Virus record (IMG/VR): IMGVR_UViG_3300011435_000013
Span: 1-34,921 of that record
Origin: a virus
Lineage: Duplodnaviria; Caudoviricetes
Reading direction: 5' to 3' (one strand)
DNA length: 34,921 nt
The notes beneath the pieces were generated by a model, which was not told the DNA's origin, searched no databases, and saw only the letters and a list, made by a program, of their open reading frames with translations. The translations under genes and the position numbers were made by a program. Shown piece after piece: positions 16,627 through 25,096 of this stretch. Position 1 is the first letter of the stretch. Every line of letters begins with the position of its first letter.

Positions 16627-17477
16627 TGGACGCAGTATCGACGACAAACGGGGCGCTCTTCAAGCGCATCGCCGCTGTGATGAGCGCAATTCGCAGTCTG
16701 CCCAAAGACGGCTACAACCCGCAGGGGAACTATAACTACGTGTCGAGCGACGCTGCACTCGACCGCATCGGCAAAGAGATGGCCGCGCAGGGGCTAGTGA
16801 TCATCCCGACCGTGCTCGATGTTGAATCGCTCGACACGCAGACGGCGAACGGGAAAGCGCTCACGCGCACGCGTGCTCGCTTCTTGATGCACATTGCAGA
16901 CGCCGACGGCAACGTCTTCGCTGCTGCGTGGGCGGGCGAAGGCATCGACTACGGCAACCCAGATCGGGCGCTCAACAAAGCGATGACCAACGCGACGAAG
17001 GTCTTTCTGCTCAAGCTCTTCGTCGTCGGCGCAGGCGGCGACGATCCCGACGGCGAAGCGACTGAGCAGCCGCAGGCGCAGCGCAAGACGCAGACTGCGG
17101 CACAGCGACCCGCCGCAGCGCCCGCGACGCAGCGCTCAGCACCGCCGCCGCCGAGCGTCGATGAAGACAATCCCTTCGTCGAGAAGAGCGCTGCGCCCGC
17201 AGACCCCGCGCCGACGGCGACGGGCAACGCCAAGAAAGCGTCGCAGTCGCAGCTCAATGAGATGCACAAGATTGGCCGTCAATTGTACAAAGAGGGATGG
17301 GACGCGAAGAGGGCGCAGCTCGTCAATAGCATCTCGTCGGGCAGTGCGTTGTCGAGCATCGATCTCACCGTCAAAGAGTGCACTAGCCTCATCGACGGGA
17401 TTCGCAAGAAGCTCAACGAAGCCGCCGTCGCTGTGCAGACGCCTGCGCCCGCGCACGTCGCCAACGGCAGAGCATAA
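16626..17477 (+). CDS. erf: ERF-family single-strand annealing recombinase
   Basis: KDGYNPQGNYNYVS, GLVIIP, GEGID..DRALNKAMTNA.K..L.KLF. Confidence 0.85.
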   Translation: MDAVSTTNGALFKRIAAVMSAIRSLPKDGYNPQGNYNYVSSDAALDRIGKEMAAQGLVIIPTVLDVESLDTQTANGKALTRTRARFLMHIADADGNVFAAAWAGEGIDYGNPDRALNKAMTNATKVFLLKLFVVGAGGDDPDGEATEQPQAQRKTQTAAQRPAAAPATQRSAPPPPSVDEDNPFVEKSAAPADPAPTATGNAKKASQSQLNEMHKIGRQLYKEGWDAKRAQLVNSISSGSALSSIDLTVKECTSLIDGIRKKLNEAAVAVQTPAPAHVANGRA

Positions 17478-17555
17478 AAGTAAGCTCAAGTTAGCTCAAC
17501 AATCGGGGCAGTCGTCTTGACTGCCCCGTCTATCTATCGACTGAGGAGAATCATC

Positions 17556-17789
17556 ATGGCAACGCAAGAACCGCAACGCGCTTACGACGTTATGCAGCAC
17601 TGGCTCGACGGCGTCATCAACGAGCCGAAAGATTCCGACGATCCGCGCTGGCTCGACTTCGTCACCGGCAATACTGCGACCATCACCAACGTCGCTTTTT
17701 GGGCGCAAGTCGCACAAGTCGAGCAGCTCAAGCGCATCGCCGACGCACTGGAGCGACTCGCCGACGACGTGAGCAAGATGCAAGCATAA
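17556..17789 (+). CDS. Hypothetical protein
   Basis: RBS GAGGAG before ATG 17556. Confidence 0.6.
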   Translation: MATQEPQRAYDVMQHWLDGVINEPKDSDDPRWLDFVTGNTATITNVAFWAQVAQVEQLKRIADALERLADDVSKMQA

Positions 17790-17808
17790 GCGCAGTCGTC
17801 GAGCTGAG

Positions 17809-17846
17809 CAACGCGCACGAGATCGACTTCGTGCGCGTTGTCTTTA
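17809..17846 (+). terminator. Intrinsic terminator-like hairpin
   Basis: caacgcgcacga / tcgtgcgcgttg 12-bp stem followed by tcttta. Confidence 0.6.
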
Positions 17847-17870
17847 TATGCAGATCATCGCTTTCTCAAT

Positions 17871-17899
17871 TTGCGTAGTTTGATTAGGTGTAGTATCAT
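17871..17899 (+). promoter_or_regulatory. Rightward promoter
   Basis: TTGCGT - 17 bp - TATCAT followed by gtagtc, as at the 14966 promoter. Confidence 0.55.
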
Positions 17900-17944
17900 G
17901 TAGTCAATGAAGTTTAACGAAGCACTAGAGAAAGAGACGACACA

Positions 17945-18223
17945 ATGAGCACACCAAACGTCACAGAAAGCGCAAAGCGGGGATACGTCACGAAGCTGCA
18001 CATGCTCAAAGGCAAGTGGGTCGAAGCGACGAAGATGCCCGCGATGATGCGTCGTCAATTCGCACTTGAGAACGCAGTGCAGCTCGACGCAGTCAACGGC
18101 CACTTCGCTTACCTGCGCGACGGGCGCGAAGTCTTCGTCGTCACGACGGGGACGCGCAAGGGATATTGGGAGCGCATCGACGACGAGTCGCTCGCTCACG
18201 AAGCTCGTGCGAATCGCTTTTGA
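17945..18223 (+). CDS. Hypothetical protein
   Basis: 92 aa; purine-rich leader. Confidence 0.65.
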   Translation: MSTPNVTESAKRGYVTKLHMLKGKWVEATKMPAMMRRQFALENAVQLDAVNGHFAYLRDGREVFVVTTGTRKGYWERIDDESLAHEARANRF

Positions 18224-18259
18224 TTCAATCAACCCACCAGCGAAAGAGAGACGACACAA

Positions 18260-18610
18260 ATGCGACACTTTACCGAGCAAGAGATCAACTTCGATGATAT
18301 GCCGAGCTATGAGATGCGCGACGCAGAGATCGACGAGCGCCGCGAGATGAGCGCAATCGAGCGCATCGAAGCGCTGAGCGAATCAGACGACGAAGGCGCA
18401 GCGCTTGAGCTGCTCTACACTGCGCAAGAGCATATGCTCACCGCAATCGAAGCGCTGCGCAAGTATGTCGAAGTCACCGGCGACCGCCACACCGAAGCGT
18501 ACATTCTCGACCATCTCGTGATTATGACGACTGCGAATCACGGCTTTATGAGTCGCAACGCAAACATCGAGCAGCTCATCGCCAACGTCGAGCGCGGGGA
18601 AGACTACTAA
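18260..18610 (+). CDS. Hypothetical acidic protein
   Basis: 116 aa; same leader ending (gagacgacacaa) as the previous gene. Confidence 0.65.
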   Translation: MRHFTEQEINFDDMPSYEMRDAEIDERREMSAIERIEALSESDDEGAALELLYTAQEHMLTAIEALRKYVEVTGDRHTEAYILDHLVIMTTANHGFMSRNANIEQLIANVERGEDY

Positions 18611-18676
18611 ACATGAGCACGAAAGACGCAGCACTCTATCTTGCGCCCGATTCTTGAGAACTGAGGAGATTACACG

Positions 18677-18886
18677 ATGACTGAGACGACACTCACAAAG
18701 CGCGGCGGCGCTCGACCCGGTTCCGGGCGCAAAGTCGGCTACCGCAAGCCCGACGCGCTCACGACTTACGTGCGCTTGCGTGTCACGCACGAAGAGCACG
18801 CCACCTTGCAGCGTGTCGCGACTGCGCACGGCCTGACCGTGAGCGACTATATCCGCGAGAAACTCAGTATGCAGCGCAGCGAGTAA
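18677..18886 (+). CDS. RHH-type DNA-binding protein with N-terminal RGG.R.G.GRK motif
   Basis: KRGGARPGSGRK...VRLRVTHEEHATLQRVATAHGLTVSDYIR; RBS GAGGAG. Confidence 0.75.
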   Translation: MTETTLTKRGGARPGSGRKVGYRKPDALTTYVRLRVTHEEHATLQRVATAHGLTVSDYIREKLSMQRSE

Positions 18887-18888
18887 CA

Positions 18889-18917
18889 TTGACAGAGTCG
18901 GCGTGACGTGCTAACGT
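18889..18917 (+). promoter_or_regulatory. Candidate late-operon promoter
   Basis: TTGACA - 17 bp - TAACGT with TG extension. Confidence 0.6.
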
Positions 18918-18945
18918 TGCGCCAACCGAATACAAAGGCCGTTAG

Positions 18946-18992
18946 GCGGGGTTGTGCTCCAGTGCTCAGAGCGCAATCCCGCTTTTTCGTTT
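18946..18992 (+). terminator. Terminator in the late leader
   Basis: 14-bp stem gcggggttgtgctc / gagcgcaatcccgc followed by tttttcgttt. Confidence 0.75.
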
Positions 18993-19011
18993 GCCCGGAG
19001 ACAAACGCCTC

Positions 19012-19167
19012 GTGGAAGGTCTCGTCGTCGCAATTCTCATCATCTTCATTCTTGCCGCGCTCGTGTCGTATCTGCCCATCGACGCAGAGTTAAAGCGCTG
19101 GATGATCGTCGCGCTGCTCGTGATCCTCATCGTCTATCTGCTACGGTGGGGCGTGCCGGGGATATGA
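19012..19167 (+). CDS. Small two-TM membrane protein (holin candidate)
   Basis: 51 aa; LVVAILIIFILAALVSYL and WMIVALLVILIVYLL. Confidence 0.55.
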   Translation: MEGLVVAILIIFILAALVSYLPIDAELKRWMIVALLVILIVYLLRWGVPGI

Positions 19168-19754
19168 GCGCAGCGCCCCGTCGCGGTTCTGCAATTTTGG
19201 GGCCGGAAACCGTCCCAGGGTTGAGCGCAGTCTCGCCCAGGTTCCGCAACCGCATCGTCGAGCAGCGTGTCGTCACCGCCGACGAGCTGCGCACGAACCC
19301 GCTTAACTGGCGCAAGCATCCCGCCCATCAAGCGGCTGCGCTGCGCGGCGTGCTCGACGAGGTCGGAATCGCAGCGCCGCTCACGGCCTACTATAGCGAA
19401 GAGGCAAACGGCGCGCTCACGCTCATCGACGGGCATTTGCGTCTGAGCACAGGCAGCGCATGGCCGACCGACATTCTCGACGTTTCAGACGCCGAAGCGC
19501 GTCTCTTGCTCGCCGCGCTCGACCCGCTCGCGGCGCTGGCCGAAGTCGACGCTGCTGCGCTCGACGCTCTGCTGCGTGACGTGCAGACTGAGGACGCCGC
19601 CGTCTTAGAGCTGCTCACGGCGCTCGCCGCTCAGGCCGGGTTGATTCCGTCGCCCGTCGAGCCGCCGAGCGACTTTGCCGAATACGACGAAGAGATCGAG
19701 ACGGCCTATCACTGTCCCAAGTGCGGCTATACGTGGAGCGGTAAGCCTAAATGA
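19164..19754 (+). CDS. ParB-like N-terminal domain protein with C-terminal CPKCG motif
   Basis: NPLNWRKHP..Q...L...L.EVG, LIDGHLRL, CPKCGYTW; type commonly found beside phage DNA MTases. Confidence 0.75.
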   Translation: MSAAPRRGSAILGPETVPGLSAVSPRFRNRIVEQRVVTADELRTNPLNWRKHPAHQAAALRGVLDEVGIAAPLTAYYSEEANGALTLIDGHLRLSTGSAWPTDILDVSDAEARLLLAALDPLAALAEVDAAALDALLRDVQTEDAAVLELLTALAAQAGLIPSPVEPPSDFAEYDEEIETAYHCPKCGYTWSGKPK

Positions 19755-20956
19755 TTCTTACGAAAGAAGCATCTGTCGCAAAGCCGCCCTATCGCGTGCC
19801 GTCGATGGCCGAGATTCGTGCGACTCCGCGCAACGGCTATACGGCGATCTCGACATTCTCCGGCTGCGGCGGCTCGTCGCTCGGCTATAAGATGGCGGGC
19901 TATAGCGTGCTCTGGGCCAACGAGTTCATCCCCGCCGCTCAGGAGACGTACCGAGCGAATCACCCCGATACGCTGCTCGACGAGCGAGATATTCGCTCGA
20001 TTACGCCTGCGGAGATTCTCGACACGCTCAAGCTCGAAGTCGGCGATCTCGACCTGCTCGACGGCTCACCGCCGTGCGCTTCTTTCTCGACTTCCGGCAA
20101 GCGGGAAGCCGGGTGGGGCAAAGTCAAGCCCTACTCAGAGACGACGCAGCGCGTGGACGATCTCTTCTTTGAGTATGCGCGTCTCGTGCAGGGGCTGCAA
20201 CCGAAAGTCTTTGTCGCCGAGAACGTTTCGGGACTGATCAAAGGCACGGCCAAAGGTTTCTTTCTGGAGATTCTTGCCGCGCTCAAAGCGTGCGGCTATC
20301 GGGTGCGCTCGAAGCTGCTCGATGCGCAATGGCTCGGCGTGCCGCAGGCGAGACAGCGCATCATCTTTGTCGGCGTGCGTGACGACTTGCAGCTCGACCC
20401 GGTCTTTCCTGCACCCCTGTCTTACCGCTATACGGTACGCGACGCGATCCCCTGGATTCGCTCGATTCGTCTCGGCGGCTCGCCCGATAACTGGCAGTCT
20501 GCGAATCGACCTTCTGGCACGGTCGTGCAGAGCGACGGCGCACGCGTGAGCGAGACAGCATACTTGAGTTCTTACATGGTCGAGGCCGATACCGACATTG
20601 CTCGATATGCTATCGGCGACGAGTGGGACAAGCTGCGCCCCGGCCAGACGAGCGAAAAGTATCGCAGTCTTTCGCTGCCCGCGCTCGACGCGCCCTGTCC
20701 GACAATCACCTGCCCGTCGAATGGCACATTCTCGCCGACTGGGTTTGTGAGCGCCGCATCTGTCACTCACCCGACTGAGAAGCGCAAATTCTCGATTGCA
20801 GAGCTTAAGCGCATCTGTGCTTTTCCCGACGACTTTATTCTCACCGGAACCTACGCGCAGCAATGGGAGCGACTCGGAAGAGCCGTGCCGCCCGTAATGA
20901 TGGCGGCGATTGCGCGCACGATTGCAACGGAGATACTCGACAAATGCAAACGTTGA
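19751..20956 (+). CDS. C5-cytosine DNA MTase-fold enzyme, predicted carboxymethyltransferase
   Basis: Motif I FSGCGG, IV GSPPCASFS, VI ENV, VIII Q.RQRI, IX R..S..E..RI..FP, motif X LGRAVPP (Asn replaced by Arg377). Fold call is strong; carboxymethyl activity is inferred. Confidence 0.9.
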   Translation: MILTKEASVAKPPYRVPSMAEIRATPRNGYTAISTFSGCGGSSLGYKMAGYSVLWANEFIPAAQETYRANHPDTLLDERDIRSITPAEILDTLKLEVGDLDLLDGSPPCASFSTSGKREAGWGKVKPYSETTQRVDDLFFEYARLVQGLQPKVFVAENVSGLIKGTAKGFFLEILAALKACGYRVRSKLLDAQWLGVPQARQRIIFVGVRDDLQLDPVFPAPLSYRYTVRDAIPWIRSIRLGGSPDNWQSANRPSGTVVQSDGARVSETAYLSSYMVEADTDIARYAIGDEWDKLRPGQTSEKYRSLSLPALDAPCPTITCPSNGTFSPTGFVSAASVTHPTEKRKFSIAELKRICAFPDDFILTGTYAQQWERLGRAVPPVMMAAIARTIATEILDKCKR

Positions 20957-21663
20957 CTAGAGACGAGACGACGCCGGGAACAAAGTGGGCTTTCGACGAT
21001 TCCGTCGCCGCCGCTTTCGACGATATGCTCGCCCGCTCCATCCCGCAGTACGAAGTCATGCGTCAAACGTGCTTCGACCTCGCGACGCGCTACGCTCAAC
21101 GCAATACGGCGATTGTCGATCTCGGCTGCTCACGTGGCGAGGCGATGGCTGCGCTTCTCGATAAGTTTGGCGTCAATAATCATTTTGTGGGCGTCGAAGT
21201 CTCCGACGCAATGCTCGACGCAGCCCGCTCTCGCTTCCGGGGCCTGATCGACGCCGGGGTCGTCGAGATTCGCAAGCTCGACCTGCGCTCAGACTATCCC
21301 CAGGTTGCCGCATCCGTGACGCTCTGCGTGCTCACGCTGCAATTCACACCGATTGAATACCGGCTGCGCATTATGCAGGACATCTATGACCACACCGTCG
21401 AGGGCGGCGCGCTGCTGCTCGTCGAGAAGGTGCTCGGCTCCGGCGCAAAGATCGACCGCACGATGGTCGATCTCTATTACCGACTCAAAGCCGACAACGG
21501 CTACAGCGAAGAGCAGATCGAGCGCAAGCGTCTGAGTCTCGAAGGCGTGCTCGTGCCGATGACGGCGCGCTGGAACGAAGAGCTATTGTCGATGGTCGGC
21601 TTTCGACATGTCGATTGCTTTTGGCGCTGGCTCAACTTCGCCGGTTGGATTGCGCTTCGCTAG
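20944..21663 (+). CDS. cmoA: Carboxy-S-adenosyl-L-methionine synthase homolog
   Basis: W.FD..VA..F.DM..RSIPQY, DLGCS.G, TLQF, EK, K..NGYSE.QI..KR..LE.V, GF......W.NF match the CmoA pattern along the full length (239 aa). Confidence 0.88.
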   Translation: MQTLTRDETTPGTKWAFDDSVAAAFDDMLARSIPQYEVMRQTCFDLATRYAQRNTAIVDLGCSRGEAMAALLDKFGVNNHFVGVEVSDAMLDAARSRFRGLIDAGVVEIRKLDLRSDYPQVAASVTLCVLTLQFTPIEYRLRIMQDIYDHTVEGGALLLVEKVLGSGAKIDRTMVDLYYRLKADNGYSEEQIERKRLSLEGVLVPMTARWNEELLSMVGFRHVDCFWRWLNFAGWIALR

Positions 21664-21680
21664 AGCGGAGATCAGACGCA

Positions 21681-22043
21681 TTGACACGGCGTAAAAAAAA
21701 GGCGACGAAAGAGCAGATCGCCGCCGCACTGAGCGCCAGCGCTGGGAACGTCGCTCTTGCCGCCCGCAGCCTGGGCGTGGGCCGCTCGACGCTCTTTCAT
21801 CGCATCAAAGCGTCGGCGTCGCTGCGTGAGATCGTCGAAGACGAGCGCGAGTCGCTCGTCGATTACGCAGAGTCGAGGCTCAAGACGAAGGTGCTGGAAG
21901 GCGATATGACCGCCATTATCTGGACGCTCAAAGCGTCGCCCGCCGCCAAAAAACGGGGCTGGGGCGAGCGACACGAAGTCACCGACGGCGACGGCAAGCC
22001 GACGCCGATTGCAGTTCTGAGAATGCCCATCGACGAGTTATGA
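21681..22043 (+). CDS. terS: Terminase small subunit (Fis-like HTH N-terminus)
   Basis: AL....GNV.LAARSLGVGRSTLF.RI; GDMTAIIW.LK...RGW.ER.EV; directly before terL. Confidence 0.8.
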   Translation: MTRRKKKATKEQIAAALSASAGNVALAARSLGVGRSTLFHRIKASASLREIVEDERESLVDYAESRLKTKVLEGDMTAIIWTLKASPAAKKRGWGERHEVTDGDGKPTPIAVLRMPIDEL

Positions 22044-23407
22044 GCACAGCGAAGACTTACGCCATCATCGAAGCGCCCGACGACTCCGCGTTCGGCTATA
22101 AAGGATACGGGGCTGCCTACGCGTTCTGGTGCTACAAAGGCCCTGAAGTCGTGCTCGACGGCCCGTATCAAACGGGCAAGACGATAGGCGCGCTCAACAA
22201 ACTACATGCGCTCTGCGCAAAGTATCCCGGCGCACGTGCGCTCATGGTGCGCCGCACCTATTCGAGCTTGAAGCATACCGCAGTCGTCTCTTACGAAAAC
22301 AAAGTGCTGCCCTATCCGCCGCATCATCCCAAGTGTGGCGTCGTGCCGATTGGCGGCAACTCGCCAGAGCGGTACGTCTACCCGAATCGCTCGACGATCA
22401 CGCTCGGCGGGCTGGATAATCCCGCGAAGTTCTTGAGCGGTGAATACGATTATATCTACGTCAATCAACTCGAAGAGCTGCCGCTCGACAGTTATGAGCT
22501 GCTCACGGGCAGAGCGACGGGGCGGGCGGGGAACGTGCCCTACCCGCAGGTAATGTCCGACTGCAATCCCGACAAGCCGACGCACTGGATATTGCAGCGT
22601 GAGCGGCTCAAGCGCTTCAAGTCGAAGCACGAAGACAACCCCACCCTCTACGATCCCGATACGGGCGCGCAGACTGCGCTCGGCGCGACGACAATGACAG
22701 CGCTCGACGCATTGACCGGCGTGCGGCTCAAGCGCGGCCGTCATGGCCTGTGGGTCGGCGTCGAAGGGATGGTCTATGAGGACTTCGACAATACCGTGCA
22801 TCTGATTGACCGCTTCGACATTCCCGCCTCATGGCGGCGTATCTGCTCAATCGACTTCGGCTACACAAACCCCTACACCGCTCAGTATTGGGCGATTGAC
22901 GAAGACGGGCGCATGTATCTCTATCGTGAGCTATACAAGACGCAGACGACGGTGCGCGACCATGCGACGCAGATGAAAGCGCTCTTGCAGAAAGACGAGC
23001 GCATCTCCGCATACATCGCCGACCACGACGCCGAGGACAGGGCGACGCTGCGACAGAACGGCATCGAGACGATTGCCGCCGACAAGCGCATCAAGGTCGG
23101 CATTGAAGCTGTGCAGTTCAGACTCAAGACGCAGGGCGACGGCAAAGCGCGTCTCTTCGTGCTGCGTGATTCGCTCGTCGAGCGTGACGCCGCGCTCGCG
23201 CTGCGCTTCAAGCCGACGAGCGTCGTCGATGAGTTTCCCGCCTACGCCTGGCAGCCGACCAACGATAGCAGAGCAGCGAAAGAGGAACCTATCGACGTGG
23301 ATAATCACGGACTCGACGCACTGCGTTATGCAGCGATGTATCTCGACGGCGACCAGGGGACGATCAAGATCGGGAAGGTAGATTTCTATGCCAGCCGCCG
23401 ACGGTAA
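22040..23407 (+). CDS. terL: Terminase large subunit (PBSX-like)
   Basis: Walker A GPYQTGKT, DCNP..PTHW, SIDFGYTNP, NHGLDALRYA. Confidence 0.93.
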   Translation: MSTAKTYAIIEAPDDSAFGYKGYGAAYAFWCYKGPEVVLDGPYQTGKTIGALNKLHALCAKYPGARALMVRRTYSSLKHTAVVSYENKVLPYPPHHPKCGVVPIGGNSPERYVYPNRSTITLGGLDNPAKFLSGEYDYIYVNQLEELPLDSYELLTGRATGRAGNVPYPQVMSDCNPDKPTHWILQRERLKRFKSKHEDNPTLYDPDTGAQTALGATTMTALDALTGVRLKRGRHGLWVGVEGMVYEDFDNTVHLIDRFDIPASWRRICSIDFGYTNPYTAQYWAIDEDGRMYLYRELYKTQTTVRDHATQMKALLQKDERISAYIADHDAEDRATLRQNGIETIAADKRIKVGIEAVQFRLKTQGDGKARLFVLRDSLVERDAALALRFKPTSVVDEFPAYAWQPTNDSRAAKEEPIDVDNHGLDALRYAAMYLDGDQGTIKIGKVDFYASRRR

Positions 23408-24722
23408 GAGCAGCGTCACCGGAGCGTCGATTTTCGGCTTGCCCGAATATCGACCGCACGCTGCGCAGTTTCACAGCCGCCTGAACCGGCTCATCAAGCA
23501 TCGACGCTATGCCGACGGCACAATCTACGCCGACAGCGCCTTCAAGCTCGCACACAAGCTCTATGCGCAGACGACTGCGCTCTTCAACATCCTGAGTCGA
23601 GCCGTCGATCTCGACATTGCGCTCGTGCCGGGCGTTATGCAGCCGTGGGAGCTTGACAAGAAGACGCCCGCCGCGATTGTCGAAGCGCAAGCGCTGCTCT
23701 ATGAGTGGTCGGGTTGGGACGTGGGCGCAGACGACTGGCTCGAAGACGGGACGGAGACAGGCGAAGCGCTGCTCAAGATTGTTCCCGACGTTGAGCGCGG
23801 CGTCGTCAAGATACTGCGTCTCAAGCCGGAGCACGGCTACTTGTGCAAGCACGCGCAGGAAGGCGAAGTCGTCGATCTCTTGCTCGTCGTCGATAGAGCG
23901 ATGAGCGACGAGCAGGGTGTCACTTTCGAGTACGCCGAAGCGATTACGCCGCTTGAGATTCGCACGTATCGCAACGGCGAGCCGCACAGCTACGGCGGCA
24001 ACCCCAACCGTTACCCGAACCCGCTCGGCTTCGTTCCCGCCGTGCCGGTCAAGAATGACAGCGAATGCAGACCCACGTTTGGCAAAGTCATGGCGCAGAT
24101 TGACCGTGTGAATGAGATGGCGTCGTATCTGGGCGATATCATCGGGCGGCACGCTGAGCCGGTGTGGGCCGCGTTCGGAGCGTCGAAAGTCGAAGAGGCT
24201 GAAAAGGGCGGCTCAGTCTGGTATATGCCGAAAGAGGCGAAGCTGCAAGCGATTCTCGCCGAGATCGACGTTCCCGGCACGCTCTCTTTCGTCGAGAGCG
24301 TCAAGAGCGAAGCGAAGAGCGCGCTGCCGGAGTTGTCATTCGACGACTTGCGCGCCAAAGACCAGATCGCGACCGAAACCTTAGAGATACAACTCATCGA
24401 GCTGGACGTAAAAATCTGGCGTATGCGCAGACGATACGACGCCGCGCTCGTCGATGCGCATAGGATGGCGGCGGCGGCTGCGGTTGCCGTCGGCGTCGAT
24501 GGGCTTGCGCCGCTGCTCGCGCCGCACAGCTTCGACTACAAACGCCCTGTACGTCCGGTGAGCGAGTTTGATGCGATACGACTCGAAGAGGCGCGACTTG
24601 CGCTCAAGATGCAACAGGCGATGAGCAGCAGCGAGAGCATGAGCGTCGCAGCGCCATCACTACGCAATAGCGAAGTCGAAGTCGATGCCAACGAAGTCGA
24701 TATAGAGGAGAGCAACGCATGA
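23388..24722 (+). CDS. Portal protein
   Basis: 444 aa directly after terL; NPLGFVPAV.VKN motif of SPP1-type portals. Confidence 0.75.
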   Translation: MPAADGKSSVTGASIFGLPEYRPHAAQFHSRLNRLIKHRRYADGTIYADSAFKLAHKLYAQTTALFNILSRAVDLDIALVPGVMQPWELDKKTPAAIVEAQALLYEWSGWDVGADDWLEDGTETGEALLKIVPDVERGVVKILRLKPEHGYLCKHAQEGEVVDLLLVVDRAMSDEQGVTFEYAEAITPLEIRTYRNGEPHSYGGNPNRYPNPLGFVPAVPVKNDSECRPTFGKVMAQIDRVNEMASYLGDIIGRHAEPVWAAFGASKVEEAEKGGSVWYMPKEAKLQAILAEIDVPGTLSFVESVKSEAKSALPELSFDDLRAKDQIATETLEIQLIELDVKIWRMRRRYDAALVDAHRMAAAAAVAVGVDGLAPLLAPHSFDYKRPVRPVSEFDAIRLEEARLALKMQQAMSSSESMSVAAPSLRNSEVEVDANEVDIEESNA

Positions 24723-25087
24723 TTACGATCCAACTTAGCGTCACGACCAACGCGGGCGGCGTCGGCTCAGCAAGCGACATTCTCGACGCAGGGAAAGCGT
24801 ACCTGCTGCACGCCGTCGAGTGGATCGACGGCACGCTCGTCGACGGCGTCGACGCAGTGCTCTCTTGCAGCGCCCGCCCGTTGGGGATGGCCGACAAAGT
24901 GCTGCTCACACTCACCGACGCCAACATCGACAAGACTTACTATCCGCGTGAGCTTGAGCACAGCAACGTCGGCGTTGCGCTCACGACGTACGCGCTGATG
25001 CTCGTCGACGGCACGCTCTCGCTTGCAGTCACGGCGGGCGGCAATGCGATGACGGGCGGCTGCGTCTGCTATCTAATTGAGCTATAG
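24719..25087 (+). CDS. Hypothetical beta-rich virion protein
   Basis: 122 aa; ATGA-coupled to the portal gene. Confidence 0.65.
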   Translation: MITIQLSVTTNAGGVGSASDILDAGKAYLLHAVEWIDGTLVDGVDAVLSCSARPLGMADKVLLTLTDANIDKTYYPRELEHSNVGVALTTYALMLVDGTLSLAVTAGGNAMTGGCVCYLIEL

Positions 25088-25096
25088 GTCGGCGAC

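Noticed and set aside
20944-21663. cmoA as an auxiliary gene for host tRNA cmo5U modification
   Set aside because: Not excluded, but disfavoured: no cmoB or tRNAs are present, and it overlaps a DNA MTase bearing the matching Arg substitution.
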